A stretch of DNA of 64,000 nucleotides from Octopus sinensis (Eukaryota). The notes beneath the pieces are model-generated. The model did no database searches. It was not told the origin of the DNA and was given only the letters and a program-made list of their open reading frames with translations. Positions 53,100-64,000 of this stretch are shown here, one piece after another (positions within the stretch are counted from its first letter, which is position 1; each line of letters opens with the position of its first letter). Both the position numbers and the translations under genes were made by a program. The stretch is taken from the NCBI RefSeq assembly GCF_006345805.1, contig NC_043003.1, forward strand, positions 40,982,001 to 41,046,000. Reading direction: 5' to 3'.

Positions 53100-53805
53100 C
53101 TTGATGTATAGGTGACCAGCCAACGACATTGGAGAGCATGCACATTAAAGTTATATTTGAAAAAGTTACCTGACATGCAGGATTGGAAGCCACCTGAATA
53201 TAGAAAAAGAGTTACCTGTATCAGACTGATTTGCTCCGGGTATCAAAATGCCGACATCATGACTACAGCTCAATACTGTGTGAACACTGTAATGTTTATA
53301 AGACGTGATATGGACAGATGTAACGGAGATTACATAGCCTTGGCCAGCAGTAAGGGACATAGCAAGCGTTCTGATTGTGTTCACGCGTAGATATTCATCC
53401 AACAACTTCAGGAACTGGGAGTTAGGTTAAATTCAAATGGCTATGTGAAGCTGCTGAAGAGGGTTCCTGCTGGAAAGCTATGTGTGACTGATACATTTGG
53501 CTCCTTAACATACGACCGAAAATAGTCAGAAATGGTTGTCGGAGAAATTTCTACACTTAACCAGCCCCAATTTCAGGTCTCGTAATTCACACCCCACTCC
53601 CATTACAATAATATGTATCACTATGCGTAGGGCGCAGTTGAGTAAGACACCAACAGATCTGCCTACAACACCAAATTGGAGATGGTAGCCAAGATCAAGG
53701 AAGTGGTCGAAGATATTCCCAGGTTCATCGTGAGGAATACATGCGTTTGCTTCAGATCTGTCTTGAGATCGTGCTGGAAGCTGAGGACGGCAACTTTGAA
53801 TAAAC
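53100..53805 (+). mobile_element. Internally deleted Tc1/mariner remnant
   Basis: 5' part (RSDCVH, MFIRRDMDRCNGDY) resembles the 34640 fragment; 3' part resembles the SQKWLSE...VEKDTNRS...EAEDGNFE* transposase end. Confidence 0.6.
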
Positions 53806-53929
53806 TTTTATCTTTCAATCATAATCTATTTCATATGCTTTGATTTTTTCAAATACTAGTATTTTGGTGGGATATAGAGTTTTCTTTTCCTTTTATACAA
53901 GCTGTCAAGTTTAGTCCGAACAATTTGTA

Positions 53930-54420
53930 CAACTTTCTAGTGATACCGTGTCTTCAAAGACGAAGTATGCTTCATAACACATACAAATTTCGAACCCCAA
54001 TTTTCTTAAAAGTAAACGCAAAGAAGCAAACGTAGCTGTAAACTGAAACCAACTCACAAAGTACATGGGAATTTTCGAAATAGAAGTATGGCACAAGCTG
54101 CTTATGTTGTTTTTGATCTCCTTCGAACATCTTGCGTCTTCTGTGATCAAAGTTCCAAGTTAGCTGAAGGATATACTTGCGTAATGATGTGATTGTCACA
54201 TTAAGCATGTACTTTGGGTTTTCTATCTTTGTTACCACCATGCATACTGACTTCTTGCAATTTATGAACAGACCCTTCCTCTCATTTCCTCTGGTCGCTA
54301 CATCCAATTATCTTTAGAATTCCTTTTCCGGTTTTGTAAATAAGATTGCGCTATCTGCCTATTTTATGTTGGAGATGGTTTTGCCTCCTACCCTAAGACA
54401 TTTTCTCTTCTCCACTTCTC
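53930..54420 (-). mobile_element. RTE-clade RT fragment
   Basis: GGKTISNIK*ADSAIL (decayed YADD), KGLFINCKKSVCMVV, ITEDARCSKEIK. Confidence 0.72.
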
Positions 54421-55864
54421 TTATATACAAGGACGGAAGTGGAAGCCATGTTCACACTTCTACTTAAGTATGGGCTGTATTATGATGCGTGTTATTGCAC
54501 CTGATGAGAGAAATAATATGTAACACTTAATGCTGATTACTGTACTGAAAATATTTTTCTATCCTTGTTCTTTCATCTTATTCTTATTAAGATCTCCTCA
54601 AGGCGGCAAGCTATCAGAACTGTTAGTACGCTGGAAAAATGCTTAGATGTATTTTGTCCGGTATTTTAGGGAATTGCAGATAAAACGTTGTCTGTTTACC
54701 CTGAAGGTACAAATAAATGCATTTATTCACATAGAGACAGTGAATCTCCTCACAATGAAAATGTATAAAAATTCTTACTTAGATATTTAGATTTTCCTTC
54801 ACAAAAGTGCACTGGCTAAAGAACTCAATACAAGAGGGCTAATACTAACTAATAACATGCAAACTAAATTCGAAAAAGGCTCATACGTCAACAACAGGAC
54901 AAAACATTAAAAAAAATGGACCGCGACAAAAAGCTGCCACTCCTATTAAAACAGAACCAAACATAAATGTGTATTATATAAATCAAATGCATACTAGCTA
55001 CACGGTAAATGAACAAATTATCAAAAATGTAAAAACAGAATTCAGTATGCATTACATCAAATCATTAATTAAATCTAATGGGAAAATACTACTATAATTT
55101 TAAATCTCTATATAAATAATAATAAATTAAATCTATGTGTCACGCCTGAAGAAACTATTGATGATGAATTTGAGTCGATTACAAATGACATAATTGTTAA
55201 ATTCAAGACTCCAACTGATATATTGGATACACACCGTGGCATGCTCACACCGGCTTACACCCTTTTTAAAATAAGGAACAATTTCAAACCATTGCACTCC
55301 GCCATACACAGCAGAACTTGAATGGACGATATTATTAGACCTCGCAGCATCACTCTACAAAGTTCTATACAAAAATAAAGATTTATGATGGAATAATGCA
55401 TATATCATATAACAAAGCTAAAACAAGAGCACAAATAATAGCCACACAAAACAAAATAAAAGACTAAACGCTATTGGGCTGGAAACTTAAAAGACCAAGA
55501 CTTAACTCACCTCAGCAGTATTTTATCTACAGAGGTTTAGAAAGGTTGAAGATGTATTTAGCGTCTTTGCAGTTCCAGATACTACAAGAGAATCATTCCA
55601 AAATAAAAAAAAGCTCGATGAAAAATCCGAAAACAGCAAGTTATCAAATACAGCATGTACAAAGAGCAACCTGCTTCGTATATGTATGCAGACATAAGCA
55701 CATAAATGCCTTCTGCGAAGACGTTCAAATGTAATATAAAAAATGCAGGTTAAGATTATTGGAAGCTGGCAGAACTTTTAAAATTGTTTTAATTTAGCAA
55801 TATATACATACATACATACACACATACAAACATATGTATATTTATATACACACACACACACACC

Positions 55865-55907
<43 letters not shown>

Positions 55908-55986
55908 TATACATATATAGATACACATGTATGTATTTGTGTAAATATATATGTATAAATATACTCACACACCCACACATATATAC

Positions 55987-56038
<52 letters not shown>

Positions 56039-56295
56039 TATATATCCTTTAGTTTATGTTTCGACCAGGTCATGTCTAACTTAATAGCACCACTTTATAG
56101 GATTAGCTAAATCCTTTTTAAGTCAAATTTTGTGGTATTATGGTCTATTCGAGTAGGGAGGTCTTGTTGAGTGAGTTGTATAGAGATTTAGGTGGCTTGT
56201 CTGGTATTCCTTGAAGAAGTGTGTCCACATTCCATTTAAAGGTGATGGGATCCTGCTCCTCTTAGATCTGTTTCGGGACAATATTAATATATATA

Positions 56296-56625
56296 TCTAT
56301 TAATAGTTATCACCAAGTTAACATGGCAGTCCAGAAAAATAGCTTGATTAGCTTCAAGAGGCCATCGCCTCTAGCTAGCTATGTGACACACGAACCTGTG
56401 GGTTCGGCTGCTCTATATTGATGAGAGGCAAATACCCAGAAACTAATCTGTAGATGCCAGGCCAGCAAGGGGAAGCAGCTGACCTCCCCCGTTCGAAGGT
56501 GATAATGGACACAGGTTCGTGTGTCACGTAGCTAGCTGCATGCGATGGCCTCCTGGAGCTAATCAACGGCAGCATTCATCCTATTTTTCTGGACTTCCAT
56601 GTTAGCTTGGGGATAACTATTAATA
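56296..56625. mobile_element. Rod-like hairpin element with about 100-bp inverted arms and TATTAATA at both ends
   Basis: GTTATCACCAAGTTAACATGGCAGTCCAGAAAAATAG...GTGACACACGAACCTGTG pairs with CACAGGTTCGTGTGTCAC...CTATTTTTCTGGACTTCCATGTTAGCTTGGGGATAAC; inner repeat GGTTCGGCTGCT/AGCAGCTGACC. Confidence 0.85.
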
Positions 56626-56684
56626 TCCAGTACCACTGCCGTAGTCTCCTTTAGAGAGACTTAGAAATATGAATATGTATATAT

Positions 56685-56733
<49 letters not shown>

Positions 56734-56786
56734 CACACATATGTATACATATATACATACATATACACACACACACAATATGTATA

Positions 56787-57128
56787 TATATCTGAGATCC
56801 CCTCGGTCACGACACAGACTATGGGAGTGCACCTAGAAAGTTACCCTCCCAGGCACAAGTCCGGGCAAGGGTGTTTATGGAAGACCAGCAGTCGCCCATG
56901 CATACTGGCCTTCCCTCTCCACACCACCAGTGTTATCCAAGGGAAAGGCAAAGGCCGATACAGCTTGCCACCTGTGCCGTCGCAACACATTTCTACAGCT
57001 GAGTGAATTGGAGTAACGTGAAATAAAGTGTCTTGCTCAAGAACACAACACGTAACCCGGTCCGGGATTTGAGCTCACAACCTCACGATCGTAGGCTCAA
57101 CGCTCTAACCACTGAGCCATGCGCCTTT
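56787..57128 (-). mobile_element. tRNA-derived SINE, third family
   Basis: Minus strand starts GGCGCATGGCTCAGTGGTTAGAGCG...GAGCTCAAATCCCGG (A and B boxes), then TTGAGCAAGACACTT core. Confidence 0.85.
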
Positions 57129-57188
57129 ACACACACACAGGCACACACACACATACACACACACACCAAACACACACACACACACACA

Positions 57189-57220
<32 letters not shown>

Positions 57221-58986
57221 GTACATGTTCATATTTGTGCCCACATACGCACAAAGCATACATAAGTACACACTATGATTTTTTTTAAAATTATTAAATA
57301 ATATAATTAAAGTTTTATCTCTGTAGTTAAGTAAATTTGGAAACTTTTACTCATTTTAGCCATGCCTCGTGATTTTGTCCGAGTATTTGTCTTTCAGACT
57401 GCATAATGGAATTTTAAAAAACACAAAACACAATGCTATCACAATTACATTTCCAAATTCATCTATTTCTCGCTGGCTGTTTTGTTTTGAATATATTTTA
57501 AAGCTCCAACCTAGAATTATCTAAAGGTAAAAGAGTGATAAGTACAGAAAAGAAAAGCAGCTGTTCTTATTACAGTTTTGGAATCTGGAGTGTTTTGCAA
57601 GGTCTAGCAACAATGTGGTAAAAAGATGTTAACAATGGTTTGAGATCATATATACTACCATATATACAATTAAAAACATTTGACCACTACAAAACTTTAA
57701 CCACACTAATACGAAAATTAAACCTCTCTACCTTCCCCCACATTAATGAATACAAAGGAATAAAGAAACAAGATATGAAATGCAATTATAACTTTTACTG
57801 AAGGAAGTGAAAAACATCTGATTTGATTAATTTAAATGCAACAATCCTTGTTGCTTCCCCACCCTAAATGGCCACTAAGTACTAAACAAACAATCTGTGT
57901 ATACCAGTAAAAAAGCCACGCCTCTTCACCTCCCCCTCCTACACAAAAAACCTTTTCTTCTTTCTTCTCCCATGCTTGGTAAACCACACAAATTTATTTT
58001 AAATAAAACAGTCCAAATCTAAATTTAAACCACTTTTTGATACATCCGATAACGAAAGAAAACGCTGAATGTGTAACTAAAATAGAATATGTATAAAATA
58101 TATATATAATACATCCAATATTGACCACCTTAGTATTCTAAATATACAATATCTGTACATCACTACAAACTCTCTTTATATATATATATTGTGTATGTGT
58201 GTTTGTGCGTATCAGTGGTGACTTCGGTTTCCGGGCAGTTCGGGCTAAGCCCAAATATAAATTTAGTAAATTGAACATTTATTTGCCGGCTGATTTAATT
58301 TCTGTCAGCACTGAATTCAAGTATGTAATTTCAGGCAATGTTGTGCCAACTCACAGTATTTTTTTTTTCAGCGTCTGGCGGTCGCCTTAGGGGTGCCCTG
58401 TGTTACAATATATCATTCGCAGCAGATGTTCTCTTTGCATAGTTCACACGCATTTGACTCGGGCTCAGGAGTTACAGCCCGAGTTGTTATCCATAATTGT
58501 AAAAATTAAAATTCGAATTCAATGTTTTCTTCAAACAATAAATTTCTATGGCGATCAGGTTTTAAAATCCAATCTATGAAAAGTTTACGTTGAACAATAT
58601 TCTTAAAAGAAAGAAAAATTATCCAGTAACTCGGGCTAATACGAACAAGCCTGGTAGGTATAAAAGACTAACTGATATCTCTTTTCAAGACAACAGGTAA
58701 CAGTCAGATCGCTGATGTTTGTTGTGCACTCTGCTGTCGTTACTTGAACGCTGTTATTCTGTGCGTCTGTGTGTAAAGATGTGTTGCTTTATTTTTTACT
58801 CTTTACTTAGAAAAACAGAAAGACCTAGTGCTAGATATAAAAAAAAAAGACATTTGGGGCTAAAGATATTGCTGAAAAAGTGAAAATCTACGAGCAAGAA
58901 TGTGTCTGATGCGAAATCTGTGATGAGACCGAGTGACGAAATCTTTCATGAGTCCGAGTGACGCTGATGATCTGGAGTCGCCTCTG

Positions 58987-59300
58987 GTATGTATGTATGT
59001 ACGTACGTACGTATGTATGTATGTATGTATGTATGTATGTATGTATGTATGTATGTATGTATGTATGTATGTATGTATGTGTATGATGTATGTGTATGTA
59101 TGTATGTATGTATGTATGTATGTATGTATGTATGCATGTATGTATGCATGCAGGCATGTATGTATGTATGTATGTATGTATGCATGTATGTATGTATGTA
59201 TGTATGGTTTTATGTTTGTAGAATGTAATATTGATGCATTAGCATACATGTATGTATGTATGCATGTATGTATGAATGTATGCATGTATGTATGTATATA
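58987..59300. repeat. (TGTA)n microsatellite with variants
   Basis: Direct reading. Confidence 0.95.
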
Positions 59301-59380
59301 TGTTTGTATGGTTTTATGTATGTAGAATGTAATATCGATGCATTATCATCATTTTGTCAGTATTTTCATATATATATATG

Positions 59381-59424
<44 letters not shown>

Positions 59425-59484
59425 TTATATCTATATGCGTGTGTATGAGTGTGTGTGTGTGCGTATGTGTATGGAGGTGCAAAC

Positions 59485-59750
59485 GAGGCTGTGTTGTAAA
59501 TGGTTGGTTTCCAAACCACGTGGCTTTGTGTTCATTCTCACTACGTGTCATTTGGACAAGTGTCTTCTATAGCATAAAAACCTTGTGGCTGGCTTTGATA
59601 GGCAGAAACGGAAAAGAAGCCATCGTGTGTTTCTGTATGTGTGTGTGCGTTTGTCTTTGTGTCTGTGTTTGTCCCATCCCCACCACGTGACAACCGGTGA
59701 TGGTGTGTTTATATCAACGTCACTTAGGTGTTCAGCCTAAGGGCCCGATC
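59485..59750 (+). mobile_element. Diverged copy of the 33281 SINE family
   Basis: GGCTGTGTTGTAA...TTGGACAAGTGTCTTCT...AGAAACGGAAAAGAAGCC...GACAACCGGTGATGGTGTGTTTA. Confidence 0.7.
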
Positions 59751-59781
59751 ACACACGCATGCACACTCGCAAGCACACACG

Positions 59782-59813
<32 letters not shown>

Positions 59814-60057
59814 TACACATCTATACACATATTCATATGTGTGGGTATATATATGTGTGTCTGTGTATACCTATATATAAATATACATATACACACACAC
59901 GCATAATCATTCTCATATACGCGCAGACACACAATCATATATAAATGAGTACATATGTTAATGTGTATGTAAGAGTGTGTTTCTCTGTTTGTGTACGGAT
60001 ATGCGTGCGTTTTGTGTCTGTGTATATATATGTATAATATATAATATAATGCACTGT

Positions 60058-60107
<50 letters not shown>

Positions 60108-60543
60108 GTACAAGTACTATGTGTAAGTTTATATTCAAGTATGTATTGTAGTCTCATTCATTTAATTAAGTTTCTTTCACCCATATTTTCCGTGTCGCTT
60201 GGAACAATTAATTTCCAAAATTTATAATAAATGCCTTTTGCTTCTCACCGTCTGATCTGCTGGATATGAAATTTAAACGTTGGTAGATGTAACAGATTTG
60301 CGTGCTTAAATGTGAGAATTTCAATCTTAAGCGCTAGTATTATATGTTTGAATCTCAAAACGCTTATTCCATTTATGAGATCCATATGTCTTTTTTGTGT
60401 TCCTTTTAACACTTCACTACCGTAAGAAAAACGATTCTTCGATCATAAGTGTGTAGATCATCACCCTTTTCGGTTTTAATATATAAGCAGAGAGTTATAA
60501 AACGATATCAATCTAATATCATCGTCTTTAATTTAAAAGGCTC

Positions 60544-60960
<417 letters not shown>

Positions 60961-61646
60961 ACACACGCAGACACGTATACATATGCATATATATGTATTT
61001 GTGTGTGTGTATATATATATAAAAATATAAATGCATTTATATAAATATGCATGTAACTTTGTATAAGCATGCACATGCGTTCACACGTCTCAGCTACATA
61101 TTTAGTATCTCTTAAACATGCGAAATGACACGAGAAAAATACAACATAAAAATAAAATAATACAAATAATAAACAAGAAAAAAATCTACTGCCAGTAGAT
61201 AAACGCAAAAGAAAGCATATATCATACATAACAAAACTTACAAGATTGAAAGCAATAACTATAAAAACCACTGAGACATCTTAAATAACATTTTACAAGA
61301 AAAAATACTAAAAACAACTTTGAAAACAGGAACAGACCACTAATGAATAAAAAGAAAGTTGCTAATATGACGTGACTTTTTGCAACCGCAAAACATATCT
61401 TTACGTTTTCTTGCTCACTCTTTCCTTCTCATTCCTTACCCCTTTTTTATGATACATTCCTCCATGGGGCTGACTTGTCTAACAATAAGTGTTCATCTCT
61501 CCGCTTTCGTTATTCGCACTCACCCGCAAATACGCGCTCATAAATATAAATATACCGTGATAGACTTATACACATGCGGCCACTCGTACACATGCATGCA
61601 AATACTTTTAGTCATGTGTAAACAGATGTATGTGTGCGTGCTTGTA

Positions 61647-61759
<113 letters not shown>

Positions 61760-61832
61760 CATATCTATATCTCTCTCTCTCTCTCTCTCACTCTCTGTAT
61801 ATATATAACTCTCTCTCTCCCTCTCTACCTAT

Positions 61833-61870
<38 letters not shown>

Positions 61871-61976
61871 CCATTAGTGGTTGAGAGAGGCGAAGCAGTA
61901 TAGGCAAGTGTATCAACAATACACCCATAAAAACAAGATTGACAGGATCAATAATAACAACAACAACAACAAAAGC

Positions 61977-62027
<51 letters not shown>

Positions 62028-62539
62028 TCCTGATTATGTTTTACTGTTTTACGACCAAAAATCTCGAGCTGGGCTATCAGTCAGGTCGTAAACATATAGC
62101 TTTGCCCCCCAGAATAATTACAACACACAAGTAAAATTGAAAATACCGTCCAGACATAAAACCTTTAGTCTATATGATGTTAAAATGTTGTTTGCTTGTT
62201 TGACATTGCTAGCGCATACTACGATACATACGTACCTACATGCATTTAATCATATAAATTTATATATATTTGCTCAAATAAATACACTGCGGTGCACACA
62301 TTTGCACGGCCGTTTAAATCAAATGGGCTTCCATACTTTTCGACGATAAATATTCCAGTTTCTCGATGAAGTAAAGTGATTATCTATTCTTTTGTAAGGC
62401 CCGAAATTTTTTTTTGGTGGGAGCCAGTCGATTAGATCGATCCAGTACGCAACTAGTACTTTCAATCTTTCTTTTGATTTTCCCTTCATATATCTCATTT
62501 TCTAATGACGTATAAGGTGCCTTTCCAATTTAATCTCCT

Positions 62540-63900
62540 TATTGTAATATATAAGTTTGGTAAACGTTTCTTGCTCCTTGCCAGTGATTTTTACTGTTTT
62601 TTTCATTTCATTTTCATTCAATACGGTATTCCTATGTCATCTAGTGTTGCTACAAGTGTAGTTACAATGCTTTGTATTTCATAACCTAGACATTTGAGTG
62701 CCAATGTCGTCTGCATTTCTAACATGGATGATTTTCTTACATTCTATTCATACTCCTGGCATGCCTTCTATTTCTTTGATGATCTTGTCTGTGACTAAGT
62801 TAAGTACGCTAAAAGATAGTAAACTGACTTGCCTGAATTCCTTCTTAGTATGAAGTTTTTCATTTCTTTTTATGGTTCTGTGTTTTCCACTTCATTTTAC
62901 ATTCAGCATAATTTTGACATTATTTGGAGTCTTTATTTAATAACAGATCTTGATTTCTAGAAGATCATTTTTCACGGTATATTTTATCGACAGCCTTGGT
63001 AAAGATTTGTTTGTTCATTTGTGCTTGCTTTAATTATTCCATTATCTATTTAACTTAGGATTGAAGTATTGTGACAGTCTTGGAATTCTTTTTTCCCTGG
63101 TAAAGAAACATAGATCGATTGCTTCCTCGAGGCCATCGAAGTGGTCAAACTAATACTTTACTTTACCAATGTCTGTTATTAGACGTATGTTGTTATCAAA
63201 TATGTTTAATGCTTTTGTTAGTATTTATTTTGTACGAGTTGCCTTTCGATGTTTCTTTGACTTCGTTACTTTTCTACTTCTTATTAAGCTTTTGGTTCCA
63301 TTAGCAAATTCCAAATTAGGCACAAATTTTCTGTGATAATCATCGTACGGCTCTTTTATGTATCCAACCAACACAGGAGCAATCTGCTCATCGTTAATAT
63401 TTCCTTGATTTTGTTACTTGTTTATTCATGAATTTGCCACTTGTGATCTCATTAATTTTGTCATATATGTATTTAGATTTATTAAATTTTGCCATTTTTT
63501 GGCATTGATCGCCAAACCATTTAGTTTTAGCTTTTCCAACTTTCAGTAAAGATCTCTATACTTGGAGAACTCAGTCTATCCCCAACGGTATCATATTTCT
63601 TTCTTCCTTCCATTTTTGATAGAATTTCATTTGTCGAGGAGTTTTACTCTCCTTTTCCCCCTTTTAGGCAATGCTTTCATTAATTATGCTTGCACGCAAG
63701 TTTTAATTGTGTTCTATTTATCTTCCATTTGTTGTTTATTAAAAGCTTCCTCTATTTCTTCTTCATTATATAAATATCTATTCTTGTTCCTTATTTATAC
63801 ATTCTACATAGCTTGTATTCTGTCAGTTGTAGCTTGTTCAGTTTAATTGTTCTCATCTTTTAACCATTTTCAGTTTCTTTAGTTTGATGTACAGTTTAAT
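62540..63900 (-). mobile_element. Old heavily degenerate LINE RT, probably RTE-like
   Basis: Minus-strand remnants FTKAVDKI, a GIRQ-like block and NADDI (decayed YADD) in the correct order. Confidence 0.55.
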
Positions 63901-64000
63901 TAATTGATATCAGCTCCAGGGCATATTTTGCAAATTTCACTCAATATCCTAATTGTTGGTTTATCATTACATAGTCTATTTCATTTCATGGTATGTTACA

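Noticed and set aside
53450-53490. CTGAAGA...GAAAGCTA inside the Tc1 remnant
   Set aside because: Stems I and II do not pair.
54495-54525. CTGATGA-GA-GAAA
   Set aside because: No stem II, and stem I pairs only out of register.
54800-55790. A-rich region possibly from a Tx1/L1-like LINE 3' end
   Set aside because: Only a vague HGMLTP..TLFKI similarity; no diagnostic motif survives.
56787-57128. tRNA gene at the tRNA-like heads here and at 33281
   Set aside because: They continue into SINE core and tail sequence and lack a complete cloverleaf acceptor stem.
58455-58640. ACTCGGGCT/AGCCCGAGT inverted motifs suggesting a small MITE
   Set aside because: The repeats are only 9-11 bp and there is no TSD or second copy.

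Overview
AT-rich eukaryotic non-coding DNA, saturated with microsatellites and transposon debris. The SINE families and repeat landscape look like an octopus (coleoid cephalopod) genome; this is inferred from remembered repeat families, not from a search. I can support no host protein-coding gene, tRNA, rRNA or CRISPR array, and almost all ORF-track entries are translations of microsatellites. Recognisable mobile DNA: a well-preserved 5'-truncated R4/Dong LINE (RT plus restriction-like endonuclease) ending in (TAA)n, older R4/Dong and RTE LINE remnants, a probable Penelope-type RT remnant, five Tc1/mariner remnants (one with an internal inversion), a Helitron-like composite, a Gypsy gag trace and about 15 tRNA-derived SINE copies. 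The main unexplained signal is a dense set of short non-coding elements, mostly sitting in or beside (TA)n tracts, that carry type I hammerhead-ribozyme (HHR) motifs: stem I - CUGANGA - stem II - GAAA - short palindromic stem III - UH - stem I'. I count about 14 full, partial or degenerate motifs in roughly nine mutually unrelated sequence contexts, arranged as head-to-tail repeats (about 449 and 504 nt between cleavage sites), head-to-head fold-backs, or inside the loop of long hairpins. This resembles Penelope pseudo-LTRs or retrozymes. Several motifs have non-canonical cores, none has been tested, and the near-perfect fold-backs at 13-15.3 kb could partly be long-read assembly artefacts.
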